Positions 31,227 to 41,946 of a stretch of DNA of 64,000 nt are shown here, piece by piece. The notes under the pieces are model-generated. The model searched no databases. It was not told the origin of the DNA and worked only from the letters and a program-made list of their open reading frames with translations. Positions within the stretch are counted from its first letter, which is position 1. Each line of letters starts with the position of its first letter. The translations under genes and the position numbers were made by a program. The stretch comes from an uncultured delta proteobacterium. GTDB lineage: Bacteria; Desulfobacterota; Binatia; UBA9968. The stretch is taken from positions 160,001 through 224,000 of the forward strand of contig CAWDPO010000035.1 in assembly GCA_963804165.1 (NCBI GenBank), in the 5' to 3' direction.

Positions 31227-32342
31227 GTGACGCTATTTTTTCATTCCGACGACGTCGATCAGCTGATTCCATTCCAGGAAGCGGTTCGAATAACCGAGAG
31301 CGCGCTGCGAGATATGGTCACCTCCGCCGGCGTCAACGCGCCGCGCAAGCGGCTCAACCTTCATCGAGACGTCGCCGAAGGCAGCTTTGATACGGTACTC
31401 AACGTGTACGCTGGTGGGTCGGCCAGCTACGGCGCAATCGGAGCGCAAGTGGCGCTGCATCGCAAGACGATCGTCGGCAACACACAGAAGCGCCCGCCGT
31501 TTAATCCGAATCAAACCGAGCTAGCACTGATCTACGACACGGACGGCGGTTCGTTGCTTGGCATCATGGCGCACCGGCCGCGGGATTTTACGGGTGTTGC
31601 AGACTTACGAACTCCGGCGACCAGCTTGGCGGGACTGGATCTCTTCGCTCGCAAGGATGCGCGGCGCGTTGGCATTTACGGTTCCGGCCAGCAGGCGTGG
31701 GCGACATTTGCCGGGTTATGCGAAATGCGAAAAATCGAGAGCGCCAAAGTCTATAGCCCGACGCCAGCCCATCGCGAGGGATTTGCCGGAAAGATCGGCG
31801 CCAAAACCGGCGTTCCAGTGAAACCCGTCGAATCGCCGGAGAATGCGGCAAAGGATGTCGATATTATTCTTTGCATGACGAATACGAATATCCCAGTGAT
31901 TGACGGCTCTTGGCTGGAAGAAGGGCAGTATATTATTTCCGTTATCGGCAGCAACATCGAGCTAGTCAAGAGCGGCAATCTCGCCGCACCGCGGCGGGAA
32001 ATCGACGACGGGACGCTTCGGCGCTGTGACTTCATTGTGGCATTGTCAAAAGCGCAAGCCATCGATTCGCAGCAGGGCGATATCTACTGGCCGGTACAAG
32101 ATGGCGTGGTGACATGGGACAAGGTTGTGGAAATTTCCGACGTGCTCGAGGCAAAGGTCAAAGGCCGAACCGACGATAAACAAATCATTCTTTACAAAAA
32201 CCAGGGCGGGCAGGGCATTGTCGACATCGCGTTGGCGAAGAAGTGTTATGAGCTTGCCAAGCAGCATGGTAAAGGCTACGAGCTACGCATCGAGCCGCGC
32301 CTGAACTGGTGGGTCCAAGGGGGGCGGGCTGAGACGTGGTGA
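31227..32342 (+). CDS. Ornithine cyclodeaminase/mu-crystallin family protein
   Basis: LRTPATS, GIYGSGQQA, REID and GRTDDKQIILYK motifs. Confidence 0.85.
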   Translation: MTLFFHSDDVDQLIPFQEAVRITESALRDMVTSAGVNAPRKRLNLHRDVAEGSFDTVLNVYAGGSASYGAIGAQVALHRKTIVGNTQKRPPFNPNQTELALIYDTDGGSLLGIMAHRPRDFTGVADLRTPATSLAGLDLFARKDARRVGIYGSGQQAWATFAGLCEMRKIESAKVYSPTPAHREGFAGKIGAKTGVPVKPVESPENAAKDVDIILCMTNTNIPVIDGSWLEEGQYIISVIGSNIELVKSGNLAAPRREIDDGTLRRCDFIVALSKAQAIDSQQGDIYWPVQDGVVTWDKVVEISDVLEAKVKGRTDDKQIILYKNQGGQGIVDIALAKKCYELAKQHGKGYELRIEPRLNWWVQGGRAETW

Positions 32343-32373
32343 TCGTTTCCTCAAATAGGAGCCGGATTTATTC

Positions 32374-32403
32374 GTTCAAGAGTTCAGTGGTTCAATCGTT
32401 AAA
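32374..32403 (+). repeat. GTTCAA-core array, 8-bp period
   Basis: GTTCAA, GTTCAG, GTTCAA and GTTAAA at 32374, 32382, 32390 and 32398. Confidence 0.6.
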
Positions 32404-32436
32404 AGACTTGGCTCCAGGGCGAAAGCGGAGGGTGAT

Positions 32437-33507
32437 ATGCTGAATGCAAGCGAAACGTTCAAAGGTGGATTCATGTTAATCGCTCTTTTTGCGTTTCAAC
32501 TCGTAAGTGGTCTGGCGGCGACAGCCGTTTATTCTCAAGCCGAGCCCTTCTACAAAGGCAAACAGATTCGCATCATCACCGGTGCCACGGCGGGCGGTTT
32601 TTACGACCGGTGGGCGCGGCTTTTAGCGCGCACGATGCCCAAGTACATCCCCGGTCAGCCGGACATCATCGTGCAGAATATGCCCGGCGGCGGCTCGTTG
32701 GTCGCGGCCAATTACGTTTATGGCGTCGCCAAACCCGACGGGCTGACCACGGTCATGCCTAACAGCAACGTTTATCTGGAGCAATTGTCGGGTCATAAAG
32801 AAGTCCGATTCGATTTGCGCAAGTTTCCGATCATCGGATCGCAGGAAAAAAACTACATGCTGCTCTATATGAGGGCTGACGCGCCGTACAAAACGATCGG
32901 CGACATTATCAAAGCGAAGGAGCCGCCGAAATGCGGCAGCACCGGCGTCGGCAGCGCCGGATATATTCTCGATCGAGTCATGGAGATCGCCTTGGGCGCG
33001 AAGATCAACACGGTCATGGGTTATCCGGGCGGCAATGAGATCGATTTGGCCGTGGAGAAGGGCGAAGTCCATTGCCGCGGCAACACGATCTTGCCGCATT
33101 TTGGACGAGAGCCGTTCGATACCTGGCACAAGAAAGGCTTCGATCGTCACTTGATTCAATCCGGGCGTAAGCGCGACCCGGTGGTGGCCGAAGCGCCAAC
33201 GATCTACGAGCTGATGGATCAAGTTAAGACGACGGAGTCGAATCGTCGCTTGGCGAACGTTTTGCTCAGCGGCGCCGAGTTTGGCCGCTTCATGCTCGTT
33301 ACTCCCGGAACGCCGCCGGACAGAGTGAAGATGCTGCGCGAAGCTTATGCAAAATCAATGAAGGATCCGGAACTCATCGCCGAAGCCAAGAAAGGGCGGA
33401 TGGATATGGACCCGTCGACCGGGGAAGAGTTGCAGGCGCTGGTCCAAGAGATCATGGACCAGCCGTCGGATGTGATTGAGCGGATGAAAAAAATATTGTC
33501 GGAGTGA
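32437..33507 (+). CDS. TTT substrate-binding protein (Bug/TctC family)
   Basis: AGGFYD, VQNMPGGG, KPDGLT, GYPGG and PGTPPDRV motifs. Confidence 0.9.
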   Translation: MLNASETFKGGFMLIALFAFQLVSGLAATAVYSQAEPFYKGKQIRIITGATAGGFYDRWARLLARTMPKYIPGQPDIIVQNMPGGGSLVAANYVYGVAKPDGLTTVMPNSNVYLEQLSGHKEVRFDLRKFPIIGSQEKNYMLLYMRADAPYKTIGDIIKAKEPPKCGSTGVGSAGYILDRVMEIALGAKINTVMGYPGGNEIDLAVEKGEVHCRGNTILPHFGREPFDTWHKKGFDRHLIQSGRKRDPVVAEAPTIYELMDQVKTTESNRRLANVLLSGAEFGRFMLVTPGTPPDRVKMLREAYAKSMKDPELIAEAKKGRMDMDPSTGEELQALVQEIMDQPSDVIERMKKILSE

Positions 33508-33533
33508 ATTGGACCAGGAAGGGGAGGCTATCG

Positions 33534-34565
33534 ATGTTCAATACGATGATCATTGCGATCCTAATGTTCTTGGTGACGCCGTCTGTCGGGCAGGCCCAAG
33601 CTCCGTATTATCAAGGGAAGACCATAACGATCATTGTCGGCACCGGGGCAGGCGATCTCTACGATCTTTATGCACGTGCGATCGGTTTGTACATGGGCCG
33701 CTACCTCCCAGGCAACCCGAACGTCATTGTGCAAAACATGCCGGGTGCGGGCCACATGATCGCGGCAAATTATATTTACACGGTGGCAAAACCGGACGGC
33801 TTAACGCTCGGAGCGATCAACGCAGGTCTCTATTTCGAGCAGTTGGTAGGGCGCGCAGAGGTCAAATTCGACTGGCCGCAATACACCTGGGTGGGCAACG
33901 CGACCAAATCGCCGCAAGTCCTCTACATGCGCGCGGATAGCCCATTTAAGTCTATCGAAGACGTGCGCAGCGCGAAGGAGCCGCCCAAGTGCGGCACCAC
34001 GGGCACGGGAAACATGGGGTATCTCGTGCCAAAACTTTTGGAAGAAACGGTGGCCGCGAAATTCAACGTGATTTCCGGCTACCAGGGCGGTAACGAAATC
34101 GATCTTGCCGTGGAACGTGGCGAGATCCAGTGCCGATCTCTCAGCACCGAGGCGTATTTTTCCCGGGAGCCGTTTCACACCTGGCGCAAAAATGGTTTTT
34201 CCAGGGAGCTGGTTCAAGGCGGAAGAACAAGGATCGAGACGCTCGCCAATGTACCGACGATTTACGAACTGATGGACAAATACAAAACGCCCGACACAGG
34301 CCGGCGTTTGGCAAGCACCCTTCTTGCCTCCGGGGACTTTCACCGGCCCTATCTTGCGCCGCCCAAGATCCGTCCCGAACTTGTTAAAACGCTGCGCGAG
34401 GCTTTTAGCAAAACCATGAAAGATCCGGATTTTCTGGCCGAGACCAAGAAGAAAAAGCTCGATATCGATCCGACGACCGGGGAGGAGGTCGAGGCTTTAA
34501 CCAAAGAAGTGATGTCCCAGCCCAAAGACGTGATCGAGCGGCTGAAAAAAATGATGGGAAAATAG
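33534..34565 (+). CDS. TTT substrate-binding protein (Bug/TctC family)
   Basis: VQNMPGAG, KPDGLT and AVERGEI motifs. Confidence 0.9.
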   Translation: MFNTMIIAILMFLVTPSVGQAQAPYYQGKTITIIVGTGAGDLYDLYARAIGLYMGRYLPGNPNVIVQNMPGAGHMIAANYIYTVAKPDGLTLGAINAGLYFEQLVGRAEVKFDWPQYTWVGNATKSPQVLYMRADSPFKSIEDVRSAKEPPKCGTTGTGNMGYLVPKLLEETVAAKFNVISGYQGGNEIDLAVERGEIQCRSLSTEAYFSREPFHTWRKNGFSRELVQGGRTRIETLANVPTIYELMDKYKTPDTGRRLASTLLASGDFHRPYLAPPKIRPELVKTLREAFSKTMKDPDFLAETKKKKLDIDPTTGEEVEALTKEVMSQPKDVIERLKKMMGK

Positions 34566-34660
34566 CGTCGTCGCGCCTACTGAACAGTTCATACGCGACG
34601 CTACGCTGCTGCATGGATTAGCGGCAGCGTGCGACAGAAGAAGTTTTCGGATCCTGCCGT

Positions 34661-35674
34661 CTAAGGCACGGGACAGGATGGCGTTGCGCGCTTGATCTGT
34701 GGGATGACTTCTTCGCCAAAGCGCTGAATCGATTCAAGAGTAAATTTTGGGTCCATTCCCGGCCAGTCCACCATGAACCACATGAACTCGGCGCCGAATT
34801 CTTCGTGATAGGCCATCACCTGCTCAGCCACTTCGGCGGGACTTCCAAGTATGAGTCGGTCCTGCTTCAGCTCGTCGAACGGCAGATCGTAGCGTTCTCC
34901 GGGTTGTCCCTCTTGTTGGTAACGTTGATAGCGTTGCTCGTAAGCGCCTCTAACGCGATTTTCCGCTTCCTTGAAGCTATCAGCGATGCATAGGTCGCGG
35001 AAGATAAAGAGGCCTTTGAACGTTTTTCCGTTTCGTTCGAGCGCCGCTTTGTAAGCCGGGACGGCTTCGCGTAGAAACACTTTGGAATGACGTCGACTGG
35101 CGATCCAGTGATCCGCGACGGCCGGCACCTGAGCAACGGTTCTTAACGTGTCCGCGCCCATGAGAATCGGCGGTCTCGGCCGCTGGAGCGGTTTTGGCGC
35201 GATGGTGACTCCATCGAGCTTAAAAAATCGGCCGTCAAAAGTAACCTTGTCTTCTGACCAGAGTTTTTGGATAACCTCAAGTGCTTCGACCAAGCGAGCT
35301 TTACGGTGTCGTTTTTCGATTCCGAAAGCGTTGAATTCTGCTTCTCTATAGCCCTGTCCCACGCCGAAGAGAAATTTGCCGCCGGATAAATTGTCGATCG
35401 TCGAAGTATATTCCGCGACCATGACGGGTGGATGGAGAGGGAGGAGGAAAATCGACGTTCCAAGATACATCCCCGGCACCTGGCCGGCCAAATATGACAA
35501 CAGGGGAAGGGACTGTAAAATTGCCGAATCCGGACCGGTTGCATAATGTTGCGCGACGAACAGACCTTCGAAGTTGTTCTTATAGGCCACCTGGGCCCGC
35601 AGGGACACCTGCTGGCACGCTACAACAGGATTTAATACCGCCGGATAGCTGCCGAACTCAATTCCGAAACGCAT
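34661..35674 (-). CDS. LLM-class flavin-dependent oxidoreductase
   Basis: MRFGI, QHY, LPLHPPV, FGVGQGYR..EF, PKPLQRPRPPI and GSPAEVAE motifs. Confidence 0.9.
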   Translation of the reverse strand: MRFGIEFGSYPAVLNPVVACQQVSLRAQVAYKNNFEGLFVAQHYATGPDSAILQSLPLLSYLAGQVPGMYLGTSIFLLPLHPPVMVAEYTSTIDNLSGGKFLFGVGQGYREAEFNAFGIEKRHRKARLVEALEVIQKLWSEDKVTFDGRFFKLDGVTIAPKPLQRPRPPILMGADTLRTVAQVPAVADHWIASRRHSKVFLREAVPAYKAALERNGKTFKGLFIFRDLCIADSFKEAENRVRGAYEQRYQRYQQEGQPGERYDLPFDELKQDRLILGSPAEVAEQVMAYHEEFGAEFMWFMVDWPGMDPKFTLESIQRFGEEVIPQIKRATPSCPVP

Positions 35675-36017
35675 GAGTAATGCTTCTCCTTGAAATGAAA
35701 AACCAACTGCCTACCCCTTTTATCATTTCTATCTTATCAACAGAAATGTCTCCGATTTTGCAGCAAGGTATCGCGGAAACTCCGCAACGCGTACGACTTT
35801 CATCATGAACGCGTCAAGAAAGGCCAATCTTGGTCTCTGGATGTACTGGTTCGGACCAATTTTGACGGGTTTGAGCGGGGATTGAACAAACTTCGCATTG
35901 AAAATAGCAGAACGCCCATCCCCTTATCCGCCATTACGGGACAAATTAGATAGTTTTGGAATGGTTTTATGATCGCTTGCGAGCACATGGCAAGCTGGTG
36001 CCTGCTGTGCTCCACGG

Positions 36018-36033
36018 TGGTTTGGGAATTGCT
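36018..36033 (+). promoter_or_regulatory. Possible sigma54 promoter for the CBS gene
   Basis: TGGTTTGGGAATTGCT has GG-N10-GC spacing and TTGCT, but a weak -24 element. Confidence 0.3.
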
Positions 36034-36087
36034 TTATAGAACTCGACTAACCCTTTTTCAGGCGGTGCAAAACGCAGCTTTTCAGGA

Positions 36088-36573
36088 GTGAATCAGATGT
36101 ATCAGAACCTTAATGACAAAACGTCGAATTCCGAAACTACACACGAACTTTCCTTGGTGATCGGTCCCACTGAAGTGGCCGATGTCATGACTGGAAAAGT
36201 CGTTACGCTCAGCCCGCACCATAGTTTCAATGATGCGGCCAATCTCATGAATGACCGTTATTTCCGCCATTGTGTTGTGGTCGACAACCAGAGCAAAGTC
36301 GTCGGCGTAATCTCAGATCGCGATATTCTGCGGGCCCTGGCAAGGAACCCCAACTCGCGCTCCAAGTCCCTCGATCAAATCATGACGCACAACCCGATTA
36401 CGGTTAAACGCCACACGCCTATCATCGATGCGGTCTCGAAGATTGTGTCCAAACGCATCAACTGTCTTCCCGTCGTCGAGGATGACGGAAGCGTTTGCGG
36501 AATTGTCACTTCGACCGATTTGCTCAAATCCTACCAGAAACTTATCGAGTTGGTGCAAAAGCAAGCTCGTTAA
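36088..36573 (+). CDS. CBS-pair domain protein
   Basis: VADVMT...VGVISDRDIL and IMT...LPVV...GIVTSTDLL motifs. Confidence 0.88.
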   Translation: MNQMYQNLNDKTSNSETTHELSLVIGPTEVADVMTGKVVTLSPHHSFNDAANLMNDRYFRHCVVVDNQSKVVGVISDRDILRALARNPNSRSKSLDQIMTHNPITVKRHTPIIDAVSKIVSKRINCLPVVEDDGSVCGIVTSTDLLKSYQKLIELVQKQAR

Positions 36574-36641
36574 GCGCTCGTGTGAGTCCTGGTCCCGGTT
36601 GATCAGTAGGCGCCGGCGCGCCTATGTTGGGGTTGGGTTGC

Positions 36642-36866
36642 ATGTCGCTTAAAATCGTGGTCTCGGTAAAGCCCAACGCCAAAAAGGCCGAAGTCATCAA
36701 GCTCTCGGATGGTCAATATCGCATAGCGGTGCGGTCCCCCGCGCAAGACGGCAAAGCCAACCAAGCGATTATCGATCTCCTCGCCGATTACTTAGGCGTC
36801 ACCAAATCCGCGGTTAAAATAATTCGCGGTCATTCTTCCCGCCACAAACTTCTCGAAATCGGGTGA
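36642..36866 (+). CDS. DUF167 / YggU family protein
   Basis: VKPNAK, PAQDGKAN and IIRGHSSRHK motifs. Confidence 0.88.
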   Translation: MSLKIVVSVKPNAKKAEVIKLSDGQYRIAVRSPAQDGKANQAIIDLLADYLGVTKSAVKIIRGHSSRHKLLEIG

Positions 36867-37014
36867 CCCCTGGCGAAGGAGGATCTTCTAACGTACTGGT
36901 TCTTTCTCGCTGTCCTAGGGTTGTCGCCTAGCTGACGGAGTTTCGACAAAGCCGTTTGCAGCCGCGAAAAATTCAGCATATGGATCTGAGTTGATCATCG
37001 TTAATGGCGGGCCT

Positions 37015-38223
37015 ATGTCGAAAGTCGAAAACGTTCAAACGCTGTCAACGCCGGTTGCGCTTTGGGGAAGGTTGGCGGCGAACTCCACTGCGCACATGAC
37101 CGAGCATCTTTTCAACGGCGTGATCGTCGTGGTGTTGCCGATCCTCACAACTTCATTGGGTTTGACCTTGGCCCAAGCGGGGGCGCTCGCCTCGGCGCGA
37201 ACTCTTCTAGCCGGAGTCGCGAGCTTTCCATCGGGATTCTTTGCCGATCTTGCCAGCCAACGCAACGTGATGCTGGGCCTGTGCATCGCCGCGATCGGTT
37301 TAGCCAGTTTCGGTTTAAGCGCCTCGTCGAGTTTTCCCATGCTGATGGTTTTTATGGGCCTCGCGGGATTCGGCGGCGGATGGTTTCATCCTCAGTCGTT
37401 GGCGATCTTGTCGGCGAAGTACAGAGAAAAAAAGGCATTTGCGTTAGGCGTCCATGATAGCAGCGCCAATTTGGGTGAAGTCATTGGACCCTTGGCAATT
37501 GGTCTATTGGTCAACTTTTTTGACTGGCGTACGGCGTTACAAGTCTGGGCCATCCCGGGATTGCTGATCGGCGTTACCTATGCGTTTTGCGGCGGAGAGG
37601 GAATTTCTGCAGTGCCTCGCGCCAAAGACTACCGGCGGGCAGTGTGGGAGGATGTCCTCAAGAACAAAACTATCTTCGGTTTGGTGGTTGTGTCTACGCT
37701 CCGCGCCATGGGGCAGACGGCGCTCGCCGCTTTCTTGCCGCTGTATCTCGTGCTGCACTTGCAGCTTTCCGCGGGCTCCGCGGGAGCTTACATGTCGATC
37801 CTTTTTCTTTTTGCGGGCATGGCGCCGGCGGTCGTCGGCTGGATCTCGGATCGCTTTGGGCACAAGTTGTTAATCGTAGGATTTTCCTTTTTGAGCTTCG
37901 TCACGATCGCAGCAATCCCCCATCTCGGCTCGGGGCTAATCCTAGCCGTCGGACTGGGCGCGCTCGGAGCTCTGCTTTGGGCTTTGCGCCCGGTGATCGT
38001 TTCCGCCGCCATGTCAGCTGCTCCGCAGCACCTCGCCGGCAGTATCGTCGCCGTTATTTACGGTGCAAATATGGGAGTCTCGTTTCTCGCGCCGGTTGCA
38101 GCCGGGTTGATCGCCGATCGCTACGGCTTACCTGTCGCGCTGACTTCGATTGCCGTTTTTCCGCTTCTTGCCGCCACGATTTGCATTCTCATTGTCGCGC
38201 CGCCGGCCCGGCAGAATAAATAA
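37015..38223 (+). CDS. MFS transporter (Fsr-like)
   Basis: About 12 TM segments; GWFHPQS and GWISDRFG motifs. Confidence 0.88.
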   Translation: MSKVENVQTLSTPVALWGRLAANSTAHMTEHLFNGVIVVVLPILTTSLGLTLAQAGALASARTLLAGVASFPSGFFADLASQRNVMLGLCIAAIGLASFGLSASSSFPMLMVFMGLAGFGGGWFHPQSLAILSAKYREKKAFALGVHDSSANLGEVIGPLAIGLLVNFFDWRTALQVWAIPGLLIGVTYAFCGGEGISAVPRAKDYRRAVWEDVLKNKTIFGLVVVSTLRAMGQTALAAFLPLYLVLHLQLSAGSAGAYMSILFLFAGMAPAVVGWISDRFGHKLLIVGFSFLSFVTIAAIPHLGSGLILAVGLGALGALLWALRPVIVSAAMSAAPQHLAGSIVAVIYGANMGVSFLAPVAAGLIADRYGLPVALTSIAVFPLLAATICILIVAPPARQNK

Positions 38224-38339
38224 TCTCGGCGGAGCCGAGTAGCCGGGCTAGAAAACATCTTTTAGGTAGAGCCGCTGAAATCTTGTTGCGAAGGCGCGCG
38301 GTGGAAGGTAATTCGCTTTGCGCCAATTAAAAATGCGGG

Positions 38340-39770
38340 CTACCGGCGCCGCTTTCGACTAAGTTTGCGCTCGGGCTTGCCGTCCTTGGCTTGCTCGATA
38401 GTTTCACCGCTTGACGCATCCAGTTTGGGTTGGACATTGTCGTTGATCCATTTTTGATCCCACCATTCGACCGGTAAGACCGGCAGGCCGTGAAGGTAGA
38501 CGCCGAAATGCAGGTGATCTCCCACGGCGAGGCCGGTTTCACCGGTTTTGCCGATGGCCTGGTGCTGTTTGATCTGATCTCCCACTTTAACATCGACGGA
38601 GCTCAGATGAGAGTAAAGCGTGAAAAGACCCAGGCCGTGATCGATGATCACCGTATTGCCGTAGATTCCAAGATCGCCAACGAAGGCAATCACGCCGCTG
38701 TTGGCCGCCTCCGCCGCGTAATGTTTTGTCACCGATAAGTCATAGCCGACGTGATACGCCGTATCGATCGCTTCGTTGTTATAGATGTAAGTGCGCGCGT
38801 CCGCGAAGTTCGCCTCGACTTTTGAATTCGTGAGCTGGCTAAACGCGCCATGCCAAAGAATGGACGGAGTCGATTTTTCGGTGATCGAACGGATTTTGTC
38901 CTCGTTCTCTTTTCGCAGTTCTTTGTTCACTTTGACGAAGATGTCTTTGGGTTTCCCTTGGCGCGCTCCCACGTCATTCAACAAGGGCGCGACCTTGTGC
39001 TGGATGAAATCGTCGGTGATCTGGATCGTGCTCTTCTTGTATTTTACGTTCTTGAGCTCGTAGACGAGTTTCATTTCCCGCGTATTACCGGCCTTGTCCG
39101 TGGCCACGAGCGCAGCCTTTTCAGTTTCCGCTACGTTGTAGGGGTGCGCGAAAAATGCCAGGTAATGGTCCGGGTGTTCCTTAATCTGGCCTTTGTAGCC
39201 CGGGAAAAAATAATTGCCGATCTTGACGCCGCTTGTGATCGCGTCGGCCGAAGGCCTGTATACAATCGCGCCGACGCCGCCGAAATTGACGTAGCGGTCG
39301 TCGGCGATGAGCTCGAGCGAAGGGGGAGTGATGTCGATGGTCAGGTTTTTTTGAACGACGGACTCATTGCCGCGAAAAAAATTCCACAAGGACCGATCGC
39401 GCGCGGTAACGCGCAATACCGCGGGACCTTCCTTCAGTCCCGTGAGCTTGGACGATAAAGCGACGGCAAGTTTTTTTTGCATCAATGGCTGATCATATTG
39501 TTCCGCGGCGAGTGAGTACTCGGTTCCGCCGGAGCTCAGGACTGCCGCGAAGGATTTTAGGCCCGTCCCTTGCTCGGTGACTTCGATCTGCAGCGGCGCG
39601 AGCCCTACAGTATCGGTGTCCGGAGTGATCTTTATCTCTGGCCGGCGCCATTCGAAACGCGGCACCAGGACGTATCCGCCGGCGATGACAAGGACGATCA
39701 GGACAAGGTAGACAAGGCCGCGCCCCGGTACAAACCGTCGTCTGGGCTTACCAAATTCAAGCGCGCTCAT
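38340..39770 (-). CDS. M23 family metallopeptidase
   Basis: HVGYDL, YGNTVIIDHG, YSHLS and GDHLHF motifs; N-terminal TM segment. Confidence 0.92.
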   Translation of the reverse strand: MSALEFGKPRRRFVPGRGLVYLVLIVLVIAGGYVLVPRFEWRRPEIKITPDTDTVGLAPLQIEVTEQGTGLKSFAAVLSSGGTEYSLAAEQYDQPLMQKKLAVALSSKLTGLKEGPAVLRVTARDRSLWNFFRGNESVVQKNLTIDITPPSLELIADDRYVNFGGVGAIVYRPSADAITSGVKIGNYFFPGYKGQIKEHPDHYLAFFAHPYNVAETEKAALVATDKAGNTREMKLVYELKNVKYKKSTIQITDDFIQHKVAPLLNDVGARQGKPKDIFVKVNKELRKENEDKIRSITEKSTPSILWHGAFSQLTNSKVEANFADARTYIYNNEAIDTAYHVGYDLSVTKHYAAEAANSGVIAFVGDLGIYGNTVIIDHGLGLFTLYSHLSSVDVKVGDQIKQHQAIGKTGETGLAVGDHLHFGVYLHGLPVLPVEWWDQKWINDNVQPKLDASSGETIEQAKDGKPERKLSRKRRR

Positions 39771-39815
39771 GATTTAAATGAATTAAGAATACGATTGGGG
39801 AATAGCTCCGGCGCT

Positions 39816-39844
39816 AGAATAAACGCGGGTTGCAGTGATGTCAA
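39816..39844 (-). promoter_or_regulatory. Sigma70-type promoter for the M23 peptidase gene
   Basis: Minus strand TTGACA-17 nt-TATTCT. Confidence 0.5.
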
Positions 39845-39932
39845 CAAAACTCGGTTACAACCGCGTGTGGGAAACAGAAAATTTCAGAGTTTCTAGACGT
39901 TCCAACCGTCAGGTGAACGTTGCGCGAGCTCG

Positions 39933-40625
39933 TTAGAGCATACCTTTATCGCTAAAGCTAAAGAAGCGATCGCGACCGATGACCACGTGATCGAGAACCC
40001 GCACCCCCATCACCTCGCCGACTTCTTTCAGGCGCCTGGTGATGTCGATGTCTTCCGGGCTCGGCGCCGGATCGCCGCTCGGATGATTATGCACAAAAAT
40101 CACGGCGGCGGCGGAGTCGCGGATCACCGGATTGTACACCTCGCGCGGGTGAACCAGAGAAGCCGTGAGCGAGCCCTCGGAAATTTTCACGTCGCGAATC
40201 TTGCGGTTTTTATTGTTGAGCAGCACCACGTAGAAAAGCTCGCGCTTTTCAGCTCCGAGACTATCGCGAAAGTGATGATAGACGTCTTCGGCGGAACGGA
40301 GCGGCTGGCCGGTTTCCCATTTCTGGCTGCCGACGCGCCGGGCGATTTCCAGACAGGCCTTGAGCTGGGCCACTTTGGCCGGGCCGATGCCCTTTACTTT
40401 GCCGAGCTCGCCGGACGAGGCTTCATCAATGCCTTTGAGCCCGCCAAATTGACTAAGCAGCAGGCGCGCATGGTCGATGGCGCTTTCACCGGTGCTGCCG
40501 TTGCCGTTTCTTAAGATAATCGCCAGGAGCTCGGTTTCACTCAGCGATTGCGCGCCTCGCGCGAGCAGTTTTTCTCTCGGCCGATCTTCCTCGGGCCAGT
40601 CTTTGATTGTTTGGTATGAAGCCAT
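39933..40625 (-). CDS. radC: RadC (UPF0758, JAB domain) protein
   Basis: RPREKL, VHPREV, HNHPSGDPAPSPED and LDHVVIG motifs. Confidence 0.95.
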   Translation of the reverse strand: MASYQTIKDWPEEDRPREKLLARGAQSLSETELLAIILRNGNGSTGESAIDHARLLLSQFGGLKGIDEASSGELGKVKGIGPAKVAQLKACLEIARRVGSQKWETGQPLRSAEDVYHHFRDSLGAEKRELFYVVLLNNKNRKIRDVKISEGSLTASLVHPREVYNPVIRDSAAAVIFVHNHPSGDPAPSPEDIDITRRLKEVGEVMGVRVLDHVVIGRDRFFSFSDKGML

Positions 40626-40689
40626 ACGCCTTGGTATTGAGGCAATCCGCGACCCAGCCGAGGAATCCGTCTACCACAGGGCGCGCTGT

Positions 40690-41866
40690 TTAGTCCAGCA
40701 CGTGGAGCGCGAGTCCTTTCAGGTACTCGCCTTCGGGATGATGCAGACTTACGGGATGATCGATGGGCTGGCTCAAGCGCTTGATGATGGCCACTTTTCG
40801 CCGAGCGTCGACCGCGGCGCCGAAAATGACTTTTTGGAACAGGTCGATCGAAAGGTGCTGGGAGCAAGAGAACGTTAAAAGTAGTCCGCCTGGACTGAGG
40901 TGCTTAAGCGCGTGCAGATTGAGAAACTTGTATCCGCCGGTAGCGGCATCGATATCGCTCCGTCTATGCGCCAACGACGGCGGGTCCAATACAATCAGAT
41001 CGAACTTGCGGTCGACTTCTTTCAGATAGGCAAAGGCATCGCCCTTTAATAACTCACCGGGCGCCGCCGCGAAGCCGTTTAATGCGAGGTTCTGTTCGGC
41101 CAGCTCCAGTGCAGGTTTGCGAAGAATCGAAGGTGACAACCTCCGTGGCTCCACCAGCGTGAGCATAGACTGAGAACGCGCCGCTGTACGAGAAACAATT
41201 CAAAACGCTTCGATTGCTTGCAGTCGTCGATAGGAACGCGCGATTGTCGCGCTGGTCCAGGTAAAAGCCGGTCTTTTGACCGCGTCTAATGTCGACCAAA
41301 AACTTGAAACCATTTTCCGTGATGGTAATTTGCTCGGGCGGCGCCTCGCCGGATAAAACTCCGACGGCTGGTTCTAATCCTTCCTCGTCGCCCACACGCC
41401 CTTCGCTGCGCTCAAAGATGCCCTTGACGAAGCGAATGGTGCCGAGCGCACTTACGATTGCATCTTTAAATAGGGCCATTCCCGCGCTGAAAAACTGGCA
41501 ACCCAAAAAGTTTGCATAGCGGTCGACGATCAGCCCCGGCAGGAGATCGCCTTCACCGTTGATGACTCGATAGGCGTCTGTGGAATCGTCCAGATTCCGT
41601 TGTCGAAAAGTATTTGCTTCCGATATACGGCGCGCGAAAAAATCGCCGTCGATGGCTTCCTCGTGCCACGTGAGAACGCGCACGCGGATCTGTGACTTGG
41701 GATTGTACAGACCGCGGGCGAGCCAGTTCTTCTTGCAGTCGAAAACATCGGCGATGCCAACCGAATCGAGATCACCTTCGACTCGTTCGATGGCGCCGGA
41801 AAATATCCAGGGATGACCGTTGAGGACAGGGCGCTCGCGGCCGGCTTTGAGGTAGATCGTCAGCAT
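40690..41866 (-). CDS. rlmI: RlmI-family SAM-dependent rRNA methyltransferase, frameshift near 41125
   Basis: GHPWIFS, EGDLLPGLIVD, GQKTGFYLDQR, VLNCFSYSG, DPPS and PEGEYLK motifs across two ORFs. Confidence 0.88.
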
Positions 41867-41946
41867 GAGATTGGATTGTACCAAAAAGTAGGGGTGCAGC
41901 ATGCTGCGCCCTACGATTCACGCACCTGGCCGCTGATGTGGGCTTC

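Noticed and set aside
35988-36003. GGCACCAGCTTGC (minus strand) as a sigma54 promoter
   Set aside because: GG-to-GC spacing is 9 nt, not the required 10.
39933-40625. radC as a mobile-element marker
   Set aside because: It is the full-length chromosomal form with the N-terminal HhH region, located among housekeeping genes.
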